Below, piece after piece: positions 51,898-64,000 of a DNA stretch of 64,000 nucleotides. Made by a program: the position numbers and the translations under genes. Under the pieces are notes generated by a model that saw nothing but the letters and a program-made list of their open reading frames with translations, searched no databases and was not told the origin of the DNA. The DNA is from the human T2T-CHM13v2.0 reference genome, Homo sapiens. Each line of letters opens with the position of its first letter. Positions within the stretch are counted from its first letter, which is position 1. Location of the stretch: the NCBI RefSeq assembly GCF_009914755.1, contig NC_060927.1. One strand, 5' to 3'.

Positions 51898-52553
51898 CTG
51901 GTATGATGGTTCTAATTCTGCCACATACTTACTGAAACTTGATATTGCTGGTCTTTTTTCTTAGTCATTTTAGCAGGAGTGTAGTGGTTTCTTACTGTGG
52001 TTTTAAAAATTTTTTTATTTCTTGTTGAGGTAAAATATATGTCTATAATTTACCATCTTTGCCATTTTTAAGTGTACAGTTCAGTGGTAATAAATACATG
52101 AATATTATTTTCTTTCCCCTTCATACATCCCATTCTTTCCTGGCCTCTGGTAGCCACCAGTCTACTCTCTATCTTCATGAGATCTACTGTTTTAGCTACC
52201 AAATACATGTGAAAGTTGTCTTTCTGTGCTTGGCTTATATCACTTAGCATAATGGCCTCAGGTTCCATCCATGTTGCTGCAAATTACAGGATTTCATTCT
52301 TTTCAATGGCTGAATAATATTCCGTTATGTATATAAACCATGTTTTTAAAATCCATTCATCCATTGATGGGTACTTAGGTTGAGTCCATATCTTGACTAT
52401 TGTGTACAATGCTGCAATAAACATGGGAATGCAGATGTTTCTTGGCTATATTGATTTCCTTTCTTTTGGATATATATATATATGTATCTAATAGTGGAAT
52501 TGCTGGATCATATGGTAGTTCTTTTTTTTAAAAAAAAATTATGTTTAAAATAA

Positions 52554-53055
52554 TCCCAAAGGATTATAAATCATTCTATAAAGACACATGCACACATGTT
52601 TATTGCGGCACTATTCACAATAGCAAAGACTAGGACCCAACCCAAATGCCCACCAGTGATAGACTGGATAAAGAAAATGTGGCACATATATACCCTGGAA
52701 TACTAGGCATGTAGACATGAATTCATGTCCTTTGTGGGGACATGGATGAAGCTGGAAACCATCATTCTCAGCAAACTAACACAGGAACAGAAAACCAAAC
52801 ACCACATGTTCTCACTCATAAGTGGGAGTTGAACAATAAGAACACATGGACACAGGGGAACATCACACACCGGGGCCTCTTGGGGGATGGGGGGCAAGGG
52901 GAGGGATAGCATTAGGGCAAATACCTAATGCATGCGGGGCTTAAAACCTAGATGACAGGTTGATTGGTGCAGCAAACCACCATGGCACATGTATACCTAT
53001 GTAACAAATCTGCACGTTCTGCACATGTAGCCCAGAACTTAAAGTATAATAATTA
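52554..53055 (+). mobile_element. L1PA 3' fragment nested in the tail of a short L1MA insertion
   Basis: L1PA 3' UTR with G-rich tract; taaaaaaaaatt on both flanks. Confidence 0.85.
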
Positions 53056-53913
53056 AAAAAAAATTTTTTTGTGGGTACATAGTACATATATGTATTTATT
53101 GGGTACATGGGATATTTTGATACTGGCATGCAATAGTGTAATACTCAGGTCATGGAAAATGGGGTATCCATCCCCTCAAGCATTTATCCTTTGTGTTGCA
53201 AACAATCCAATTATACTCTTTTATAATGTACAATAATAAATGTACAATTAAATTATGGACTATAGTCACCTTATTGTGCTATCAAACACTAGGTCTTATT
53301 CTTTCTATTTTTTTTTGTACTCATTAACCATCCCCACCTTCTCCTAACACCCCCACCACCCTCATATGGTAGTTCTATTTTTAGTTTTTTGAAGAACCTC
53401 CATACTGTTCTCTGGTAGTTCTATTTTTAGTTTTTTGAAGAACCTCCATACTGTTCTCCATAGTGGCTATAATTATTTACATTTCCAGCAACAGTGTGTG
53501 AGAGTTCCCCTTTGTCCACATCTTTGCTTGCATTTGTTATTGTGTGCCATTCTGATACAAACTATTTTAACTGGAGTGCGATGATACTGCATTGTGATTT
53601 TGATTTGCATTTCTCTGGTGATTTGTGATGTTGAACATTTTTTCATATACTTGTTGGTCATTTGTATGTTTTCTTTTAAGAAATATCCATTCAGATCTTT
53701 TGCCCATTGTAAAATCAGATTATTTATTTTTGGTTTTTTGCTTTTGAGTTGTTTGAGCTCCTTACATATTCTGGTTATTAATCTCTTGTCAGATGGATAG
53801 TTTGCAAATATAGTCTCCCATTCTATGAGTTGGCTCTTTTGTTTGTTTTGTGGAAGTGTTTTAGCTTACTGTAATCTCAATTGTCTATTTTTGCTTTGGT
53901 TGTCTGTACTTTT

Positions 53914-55364
53914 TTTTTCTTTTTTTTCAATTATACTTTAAGTTCTAGGGTACATGTGCATGTCGTGCAGGTTTGTTACATAGGTATACATGTGCCATGT
54001 TGGTGTGCTGCACCGGTTAACTTGTCATTTACATTAGGTATATCTCTAATGCTATCCCTCCCCCCTCCCCCACCCCACAATAGGCCCTGGTGTGTGATGT
54101 TCCCCACCTTGTGTCCAAGTGTTCTCATTGTTCAATTCCCACCAATGAGTGAGAACATGCAGTGTTTGGTTTTCTGTCCTTGCGATAGTTTGCTCAGAAT
54201 GATGGTTTCCAGCTTCATCCATGTCCCTACAAAGGACATGAACTCATCCTTTTTTATGGCTGCATAGTATTCCATGGTGTATATGTGCCACATTTTTTTT
54301 ATCCAGTCTATTATTGATGGACATCTGGGTTGGTTCCAAGTCTTTGCTATTGTGAATAATGCCACAATAAACATAAGTGTGCATGTGTCTTTATAGCAGC
54401 ATGTTTTATAATCCTTTGGGTATATACCCAGTAATGGGATGGCTGGGTCAAATGGTATTTCTAGTTCTAGATCCTTGAGAAATCACCACACTGTCTTTCA
54501 CAATGGTTGAACTAGTTTACAGTCCCACCAACAGTGTAAAAGTATTCCTGTTTCTCTACATCCTCTCCAGCATCTGTTGTTTCCTGACTTTTTAATGATC
54601 GCCATTCTAACTGGTGTGAGATGGTATCTTACTGTGGTTTTGATTTGCATTTCTCTGATGACCAGTCATGATGAGCATTTTTTCATGTGTCTGTTGGGTG
54701 CATAAATGTCTTCTTTTGAGAAGTGTCTGTTCATATCCTTTGCCCACTTTTTGATGGGGTTGATTTTTTCTTGTAAATTTGTTTAAGTTCTTTGTAGATT
54801 CTGGATATTAGCCCTTTGTCAGATGGGTAGATTGTAAAAATTTTCTCCCATTCTGTAGGTTGCCTTTTCACTTTTCCCATTCTGTAGGTTGTAGTTTCTT
54901 TTGCTGTGCAGAAGCTCTTTAGTTTAATTAGATCCCATTTGTCAATTTTGGCTTTTGTTGCCGTTGCTTTTGGTGTTTTAGTCATGAAGTCCCTGCCCAT
55001 GCCTATGTCCTGAATGGTATTGCCTAGGTTTTCTTCTAGGGTTTTTATGGTTTTAGGTCTAACATTTAAGTCTTTAAATCCATCTTGAATTAATTTTTGT
55101 ATAAGGTGTAAGGAAGGGAGTCTTGCTCTGTTGCCCAGGCTGGAGTGCAGTGGCGCGATCTCGGCTCACTGCAAGCTCCGCCTCCTGGGTTCATGCCATT
55201 CTCCTGCCCCAGCCTCCACGCCCGGCTAATTTTTTTGTATTTTTTTAGTGGAGATGGGGTTTCGCTGTGTTAGCCAGGATGGTCTCGATCTCCTGACCTC
55301 ATGATCCACCCACCTCGGCCTCCCAAAGTGTTGGGATTACAGGCGTGAGCCACTGTGCCCGGCC
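53914..55364 (-). mobile_element. Composite AluY (55117-55364) plus L1PA 3' 1.2 kb (53914-55119) under one TSD
   Basis: TSD ttgtctgt(a/g)ctttt at 53900-53913 and 55365-55378; junction aggaaggga|gtcttgctctg. Confidence 0.85.
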
Positions 55365-57274
55365 TTGTCTGTGCTTTTGAGGCCTTACACACAAAAAAAA
55401 ATTGGCCCAGACCAGTGTCCTGAAGAGTTTCCCCAATGTTTAATTTGAGGTTGTATATTTAAGTTTTTAATCAGTTTTGATTTAATTTTTGTGTATTGTG
55501 AGAGATTGGGGTCTAGTTTCATTTCATTCTTCCACATAGTTAATCCAGCTTTCCCAGCAGCATTTATTAAAAAGACTATCCTTTCCCCAAAATATGTTCT
55601 CGGCACCTTTGTCAAAGATGAGTTGGTCATAAATGCATGGACTTATATGTGGGTCTGTATTATGTTCCATTGGTCTATGTGTCTATATTTATGCCAGTAC
55701 CATGCTGTTTGGGTTACTATAGCTGTGTAGTGTATTTTGAAGTCAGGTAATGTGATGCTTCCAGCTTTGTTCTTTTTGCTTAGGATTACTTTGCTATTTG
55801 GAGTCTTTTGTGGTTTCATATAAAGTTTAGTATTATTTTTTCTATTTCTCTGAAGAATGTCGTTGGTATTTTGATAAGGATTGCATGGAATCTCAAAATT
55901 GCTTTGGGTAGTGTTGTCATTTTAACAACATTAATTCTTCCAGTACGTGAGCATGGAATACCTTTCCATTTTTTGGTGACCTCTTCTATTTTTTTCATCA
56001 GAGTTTTATGGTCTTCCTTGCCTAGATCTTTCACTTCTTTGGTTAGATTGATTCCTAGTTTGTTTTGTTTTGTTTTGTTTTTTGTAACCATTGTAAATGG
56101 GATTGCTTTTTTGATTTCTTTTTCAGATTGTTCTTTGACATATATAAATGTTATTGACATTTGTATGTTGATTTTTGTATCCTGCAACTTTACTGAATTT
56201 TTTTTACCACTTCTAATAGTTTTTTGGTGGAGTATTTAGGGTTTTTTTGATGTAAGATCATGTCATCTGAGAACAAGGCTAATATGACTTCTTCCTTTCC
56301 AATTTGGATACTCTTTATCTCTTTGTCTTGCTTAATTGCTGTGGCCAGGACTTCCAATATTATGTTGAATAATAGTGGGAAAGTGGGCATCATCATCTTG
56401 TTCCAGTCTTTAGAGGAAAGGCCTTCAATTTTTCCCTGTTGGCTTTTATTATTTTGAAGTATGTCCCTCCTATACCTGTTTTGATGAGGGTTTTTTTGGT
56501 TGTTGTTGTTGTTATAAAGGGATGTTGAATTTTATTGAATGCTTTTCTGGCATCCATTGAAATAATCATATGGTTTTTGTTCTTGATTCTGTTAATGTCA
56601 TGTATCATGTCTATTGATACATATATGTTGAATCATTCTTGCATCTCTGGGATGAATCCCACTTGATCATGACAAGTGATCTTTTTAATGTGTTGTTGAA
56701 TTCAGTTTGCTGGATTTTTGCATCTATGTTCATATTATATCAATATATCAAAGTGTATTGGCCTGTAGTTTTCTTTTTTTGTTGGTTCCTTGTATGGTTT
56801 TGGTATCAGGGTAATGCTGGCCTCTTTGGATGAGTTTGGAAGCATTCCCTCCTTTTCAGTATTTTTGAAGAGTTTGAGTAAGGTTGGTATTAGTTTTCTT
56901 GAAATGTTTGGTAGTATACAGCAGTGAATCCATCAGGTCTTGGGCACTTCTTTGATGGGAAACTTTTTATTATGGCTTTGATCTTGTTACTTATGATTGG
57001 TTTGTTGAGGTTTTCTATTTCTTCATGGCTCAATCATGGTAGGTTGTCTGTGTCCAGGAATCTAACCATTTTTTCTAGGTTTTTCAATTAGTTTTGCATA
57101 TAGTAGTTTATAATATTATTTAATGATTCTTTGTATTTCTAAGGTTTCAGTTATATCTCCTTTTTCATTTCTTATTTTTTTATTTGGATCTCTCTTTCTT
57201 AGTCTAGCTAAGGTTTGTTGATTTTGTTTATCTTTTCAAAAAATCAGTTTTTCATTTCATTGATCTTCTGTGGT

Positions 57275-57641
<367 letters not shown>

Positions 57642-57667
57642 TAATTTTCGGTTTGGTTTATTCTTGA

Positions 57668-57967
<300 letters not shown>

Positions 57968-59198
57968 TATTCTTGATTTTCTAGTTCTTCAAGGTGCATC
58001 ATTAGATTATTTGAACTCTTTCTACTTTTCTAATATGGGAATTTATTGCTATAACCTTCCCTCTCAGTACTACTTTTGCTCTGTCTCATAGATTTTGGTA
58101 TGTTATATTCCCATGTTCATTTGTTTCAATAAATTTTTAAATTTTCTTCTTAATTTCTTCATTGACCCATTGGTGATTGAAGAGTATGTTACTTAATTTC
58201 CATGTGTCTGTGTATTTTCCAAATTCCTTTTATTATTGATTTCTAGTTTTATTCCATATGGTCAGAAAAGATACTTGTGATTTGTATTTTTCTGAATTTG
58301 TTTAGACTTGTTTTGTAGCCTAAGATATGGTCTGTTCTGGAAAATGTTTCATGTGCTGGTGAAAAGAATGTATATTCTGTAGCAATAGGGTGAAATGTTC
58401 TATAAATGTCAGTTAGGCCTATTAGATCTAGTGCGTAGTTTAATTTTACTCTTTCTTTGTTGATTTTCTGTCTAGATGATTTGTCTATTACTAGAGTGGC
58501 ATGTTAAAGTCCCCTACTATTATTGTATTGTAGTTTATCTATGAACCTAACACTGGAGCCTTCATGTATATAAAGCAAGCATTAACTTTATATACTTGGG
58601 GGCTCCAGTGTTGGGTTCATAGATATTCATAATTGTTATATCTTCTTGCTGAATTGCCACCTTTATCATTATATAGTGACCCTCTTTGTCTTTTTTTAGT
58701 CTTTGATTTGTAGTCTATTTTATCTGATATAAGAATAGATACTCCTGATCTTTTTTAGTTTTCAGTTACGTGGAATATCTTTCAGTCTCAGTCTATGTGT
58801 ATCTTTATAAGTGAAATGGATTCCTTGAAGGCAGCATATAGTTGGGTCTTATTTCTTTATCCATTAAGCCACACTATGCTTCTTAATTGGACAATTGAGA
58901 CCATTTACATTCAGTGTGATTGTAAATAAGTATGGACTTACTGCAACCATTTTATTGCTTGTTTTCTCCTTGTTTTGAGAATTCTCTTTTCCTTTTTTTG
59001 TTTCTTATTGTCTTCCTTTGTAGTTAAGTGATTATCTCTGGTAGTATATTTTAATTTATTGATGTTTATTTTTAGTGAATATATTATAGGTTTCATACTA
59101 TCATTACCATGATTCTTGCAAAAAACATCTTATAAATATAACAAATTATTGCAGTCCAGCCTGGGCAATAGAGCGAGACTCCGTCTCAAAAAAAAGAA

Positions 59199-59229
<31 letters not shown>

Positions 59230-60239
59230 CATACATACATATATATATATATATAACAAATTATTTTAAAGAGATGACACTTATTTTAGATCACAGACAA
59301 AAGAATGGAAACAAAGGCAAAAAAAAATTCTACACTTTAGCTTCTTCTCCCAACATTTTCACTTTTAGTTGTCAACTGATATATTTTTATATTACCTATT
59401 TCATTTTCACTTTTAGTTGTCAACTGATATATTTTTATATTACCTATTTCTTAACAGGTTGCTATAGTTATTATTGTTTTTGATAAACTTGTCTTGGAGG
59501 CTTCACACTAGAGATATGAATGGATTGTACACCACAGATACAGTAATAGATTATTCTGTGTTTGTCTGTATACTTAATTTTACCAATGGTTTTTATACCT
59601 TGAACATTTTTTCTTTGCACACTGGTATTTTGTATTTTCTTCCAGATTGAAGAACTCCATTTAGCATTTTTTGCAAGGTGGATCTGGTAGTGATGAATTG
59701 TCTCAGCTTTCATTTGTCTGGGAAAGACTTTATCTCTACTTCTTATTTAAATAACAATTTTTTCTGGATACAAAACACTTGGATGGCAGGGCTTTTTTTT
59801 CCCTTTGGGCACTTTGAAAATGCCATTCCACTCCCTTCTGCCTGCATGGTTTCATTGAGAAGTCTGTTTCCAGATGAATTGGGGCTTCTTTATATGTTAT
59901 TTGCTTCTTTTCTGTAGCTGATTTTAGGGTATTCTCTTTGTCATTGACCTTTGTGAGTTTGATTATTATATGTCTTGTATAGATTGAATCTGTTTGGTGG
60001 TCTAAGACCTTCCTGTACGTGGATATTTATATCTTTCTCAAGTTTTGGAAAGTTTTCTGTTGTTATTTCTTTGAATAAGTTATTTATCCCTTGTTCTTGC
60101 TCTGCTCCCTCTTAAACACAGGAATTCTTACATTTGGTCTTTTGAGGTACTCTTTTATATCTTATAGGCAGTCTTTGTTCCTTTTTGTTCTTTTGTCTTT
60201 TTTCTCCGCTGAATGTGTATTTTCAAACAGCTGATCTTC

Positions 60240-61325
60240 AAGCAGAATTTCTATACATCAACATTGTTCAAGCTGAGGGCCAAATCAAGAATGCAGTCCC
60301 ATTTACAATAGCTGCAAAAAGAATAAAATATGTAAGAATACAGCTAACTCAGGAGGTAAAAAAAAATCTCTACAATGAGAACTACAAAACATTACTGAAG
60401 AAAATCAGAGACAATACAAACAAATGGAGAAACAGTCCATGCTCATGGATAGGAAGAATTAATAGTGTTAAAATGGCCATACTACCCAAAGCAATTTACA
60501 GATTCAATGCTATTCTCGTCAAACTACCAACATCATTTTTCACAGACTTAGAAAAAACTATTTTAAAATTCATATGGAACCAAAAAAGGACTGAAAAGTT
60601 AAAGCAATCTTAAGCAAAAAGAACAAAGTCAGAGTCATCACATTACCTGACTTCAAACTATACCACAAGGCTACTGTAACCAAAACAACATGGTACAACA
60701 CAAAAACAGACATATAGACCGATGGAACAGAATAGAGAATCCAGAAATAAAGCTGCACCCCCACCATGTGATCTTTGACAAAGTAAACAAAAATAAGCAA
60801 TGAGGAAAAAGGCTTCCTGTTCAATAAATAGTCTTAGAATAACTGGCTATCCAGATGCAGAAGAATGAAACTGGACCCCTACCTATCACCATATAAAAAA
60901 ATTAACTCAAGGTGGATTAAAGTCCTCAAAAGTAATTTCAACAAAAACAAAAATTGACAAGTGGGACCTAATTAAACTGAAGAGCTTCTACACAACAAAA
61001 GAAACTATAAAGGGAATAAACAGATGATCTATAGAATGAGAGAAAATATCTGCAAAGTATGCATCTGACAAAGACCTAATATCCACAACCTATAAAGAAC
61101 TTAAATAACCCCATTAAAAAGTGGGCAAAGGACATGAACACTTTTCAAAAGAAGACATACATGTGGCCAACAAGCATATGAAAAAAAGGCTCAATATCAC
61201 TGATCATTAGGGAAATGCAAATCAAATCTACAATGAGATGCCATCTCATACCAGTCAGAATGTCTATTAAGAAGTAAAAAAAAAAACAGATGCTGGCAAG
61301 GTTATGGAGAAAAAGGAACGCTTAT
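60240..61325 (+). mobile_element. L1 ORF2 3' fragment, sense orientation
   Basis: ORF 60185-60613 ([26 protein letters not shown]) is L1 ORF2. Confidence 0.88.
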
Positions 61326-61399
61326 GTGTCTATATTTACATCAATATAACTCTGTACTGATTACTATCGCTTTATAGTAAGTTTTAAAATCAATTACTA

Positions 61400-62125
61400 T
61401 GTGATGGTTAATACTGAATGTCAACTCGATTGGATTGAAGGGTACAAAGTATTGATCCTGGGTGTGTCTGTGAGGGTGTTGCCAAAGGAGATTAACATTT
61501 GAGTCAGTGGACTGGGAAAGGCAGACCCACCCTTAATCTGGGTGGGCACAATCTAATAAGCTGCCAGTGTGGCTAGAATATAAGCAGGCAGAAAAATGTG
61601 AAAAGAGACTGGCCTAGCCTCCCAGCCTACATCTTTTTTTTTTTTTTCTTTTTTTTTGAGATGGAGTCTCACTGTGTCACCCAGACTGGAGTGTAGTGTT
61701 GCGATCTCAGCTCACTGCAACTTCCACATCCTGGGTTCAAGCCATCTTCCTGCCTCATCCTCCTGGGTAGATAGGACTACAGGCATGTACCACCATGCCT
61801 GGCTAATTTTTGTATTTTTAGTATGGCCAGGCTGGTCTCAAACTCCTGATCTCAGGTGATTCACCCACCTCGGCCTCCCAAAGTGCTGGGATTACAGGTG
61901 TGAGCTACCATGCCTGGCCCCAGCCTACATTTTCCCCCATGCTGGATGCCCTCAAACACTGGACTCCAAGTTCTTCAGTTTCGGAACTCAGACTAGCTCT
62001 CCTTGCTCCTCAGCCTGCAGACGGCCTATTGAGGGACCTTGTGATCATGTGAGGTAATACTTAATAAACTCTCCTTTATATATATCTATTCCATTAGTTC
62101 TGTCCCTCTAGAGAACTCTAATACA
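61400..62125 (+). mobile_element. MLT2A (HERV-L) solo LTR interrupted by an antisense Alu (about 61633-61918)
   Basis: TGTGATGGTTAATACTG...GTCCCTCTAGAGAAC..TAATACA; Alu flanked by cccagcctacat on both sides. Confidence 0.88.
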
Positions 62126-64000
62126 CACAGTAAGTCCTCCATTTTAAAATCTTTTTCTTGAAAATTTCATATATTGTATGTCCTTTAAATTTCCAAATAA
62201 AGTTTGAAATCAGTTGTCAATTTTTACAAAAACATCTGCTTAGATTTTTGAGAGAGATTGTGTTGAATCATTTAGGCAGAAATGCCATCTTAAAAATATT
62301 GAATTATCCAACCATTGAACATGGTATATCTCTCCATTTAATAGGTTTCATTTAATTTCTCTCAGCAATATTTTGTAATCCCCAGTGTACAGGTCTTGTG
62401 CTTCTTTATTTTTACTGTTTATTCCTAAGTATTTTATACTTTTTGATACTATTGTACATGAATTATTTTCTTAAATTTTATTTTCACTGTTCATAGCTAA
62501 CTTTAAAAGTTCAAAGCTAACTTAAAAAGATGTTTAGATCTTTCCCATTTTTAAATTAGTTGCTTTCTTATGGTTGAGTTTTTAAAATATTTAAATAGTC
62601 CTTTGTCCAGTATGTCTTTTGCAAATATTTTCTCCCAGTCTGTGGTTTGCCTTCTCATTCTTATGATCCACAGAGTATTTTAAAACTTGCTGTTTTACTT
62701 TCACATATCAGGGAGTTTCCTAGATTTCCTTTTTTTGGTGATTTCTACTTTAATTCTGTTGTGGTTAGAGATTATACTTTATTTTTAATGATATCTTTGT
62801 TAAGATATCTTTATATATAAATATATTATATATAAATAAATTATATATCTTTATATATCATATCATTTATATATCATAAGTGTACATTTCAGCTCTTAGG
62901 ATATTCACAAAGTTGTGCATCACTTCAAAAAGAAACCCTATATTCATTAGCAGTCACTCTCCCAGCTGGTGGCAACTACTAAATCTACTTTCTGTCCCTA
63001 CGGATGTACCTGTTCTGGATATTTCATATGAATGACATCTTTTGCTTAATGGATATCTGCATATCTTTATTAGATATATGTCTGTTCAAATTGTTTTCTT
63101 AGTTTTTAATTGGTTATCTGATTTTTTTATTGATGAATTGTGTGTGTATGTTTTTTTTTTAACTTTTCTGATGGTATCCTTTGAAGAATAAAAGTTTAAA
63201 ATTTTGATGGAGTCCATTTGATCTTCTTTTTTCTTCTTTTGGTCATTTGCATATTGGTGTCATAGCTAAGAAGCCATTGCTTAATTTGGAGAATGTGCTT
63301 TGTATGATTTTATGCCTTTTTAATGTATTAAGAGGGTCCATGGCTCAGCATAGGGTCTAAAATGGAAATGTTCTATGTACTCTTGAAATAATATACATTC
63401 TGCTGTTTTAGGGAAATGTTCTATAAATTTCAGTTTGGTCATATTGTTTCATAGTGTTGTTTAAATATTACATATCGCTACTGGTTTTCTATCAATTTCT
63501 GGCAAGAGAGTATTAAGATTTCTAACAATTGCTCCATTATCTTTTTCTGTGTCAGTTTTTGCTTTGTATATTTTCAGGCTCTGTTGTTAGGTGCATATAC
63601 ATTTATAATTGCTATGTATTCCTTCTGCTATTAGTTTATCCATTCTACCTCTCTCATGGTTACTGATTACATGGCACTTTTTCCAACCCTTTATTTTCAA
63701 TATGCTTGTTTTTCTTAATTTAAATAGTCTTTTTTGGACAGTGTACTATTGGATCTTGCTTTTTATCTACTTTGACAGTTTTTGCCTTTTGATTGAAGTG
63801 TTTAGTTCACTCACATGTAATGTAATTTTTGGTATGACAGATTTATGTTTTTTATTTTGCCATTTGCTTTCTGTATTTCTCATGTCTCTTTGTTGTTGTT
63901 CCTCTGTTCCTCCTTTGCTGTTTTCTTTGTGTTAAAAAAGTATACCTTTCTATTTCCTCTGTGTTTTTTAACTATTTAAGAATTTTTTCTTTTAGAGATA

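Overview
Primate DNA, almost certainly human (identified by recall of the translated proteins, not by a database search). Both genes lie on the + strand. The window holds the last two coding exons and 3' UTR of PLS1 (plastin-1/I-plastin), then a ~10 kb intergenic spacer dominated by a decayed near-full-length L1PB element, then the CpG-island promoter and coding exons 1-4 of TRPC1. The rest is intron packed with Alu, L1, DNA transposons, a HERV-K(HML-2) LTR5A-like solo LTR and an MLT2A LTR. Most ORF-track entries are Alu/L1 artefacts. No prokaryotic-type system, CRISPR array or RNA gene is seen. The best leads are in the TRPC1 5' leader: an in-frame Kozak-context CUG giving a 103-aa extension, out-of-frame overlapping uAUGs, a (GGGGTC)n G-quadruplex, and a cryptic acceptor that would join PLS1 in frame to TRPC1. 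Other leads are the competing splice sites and inverted Alus around cassette exon 3, and retrotransposition fossils, notably an Alu-L1 chimera under a single TSD. Repeat subfamily names are from recall and repeat boundaries are approximate.
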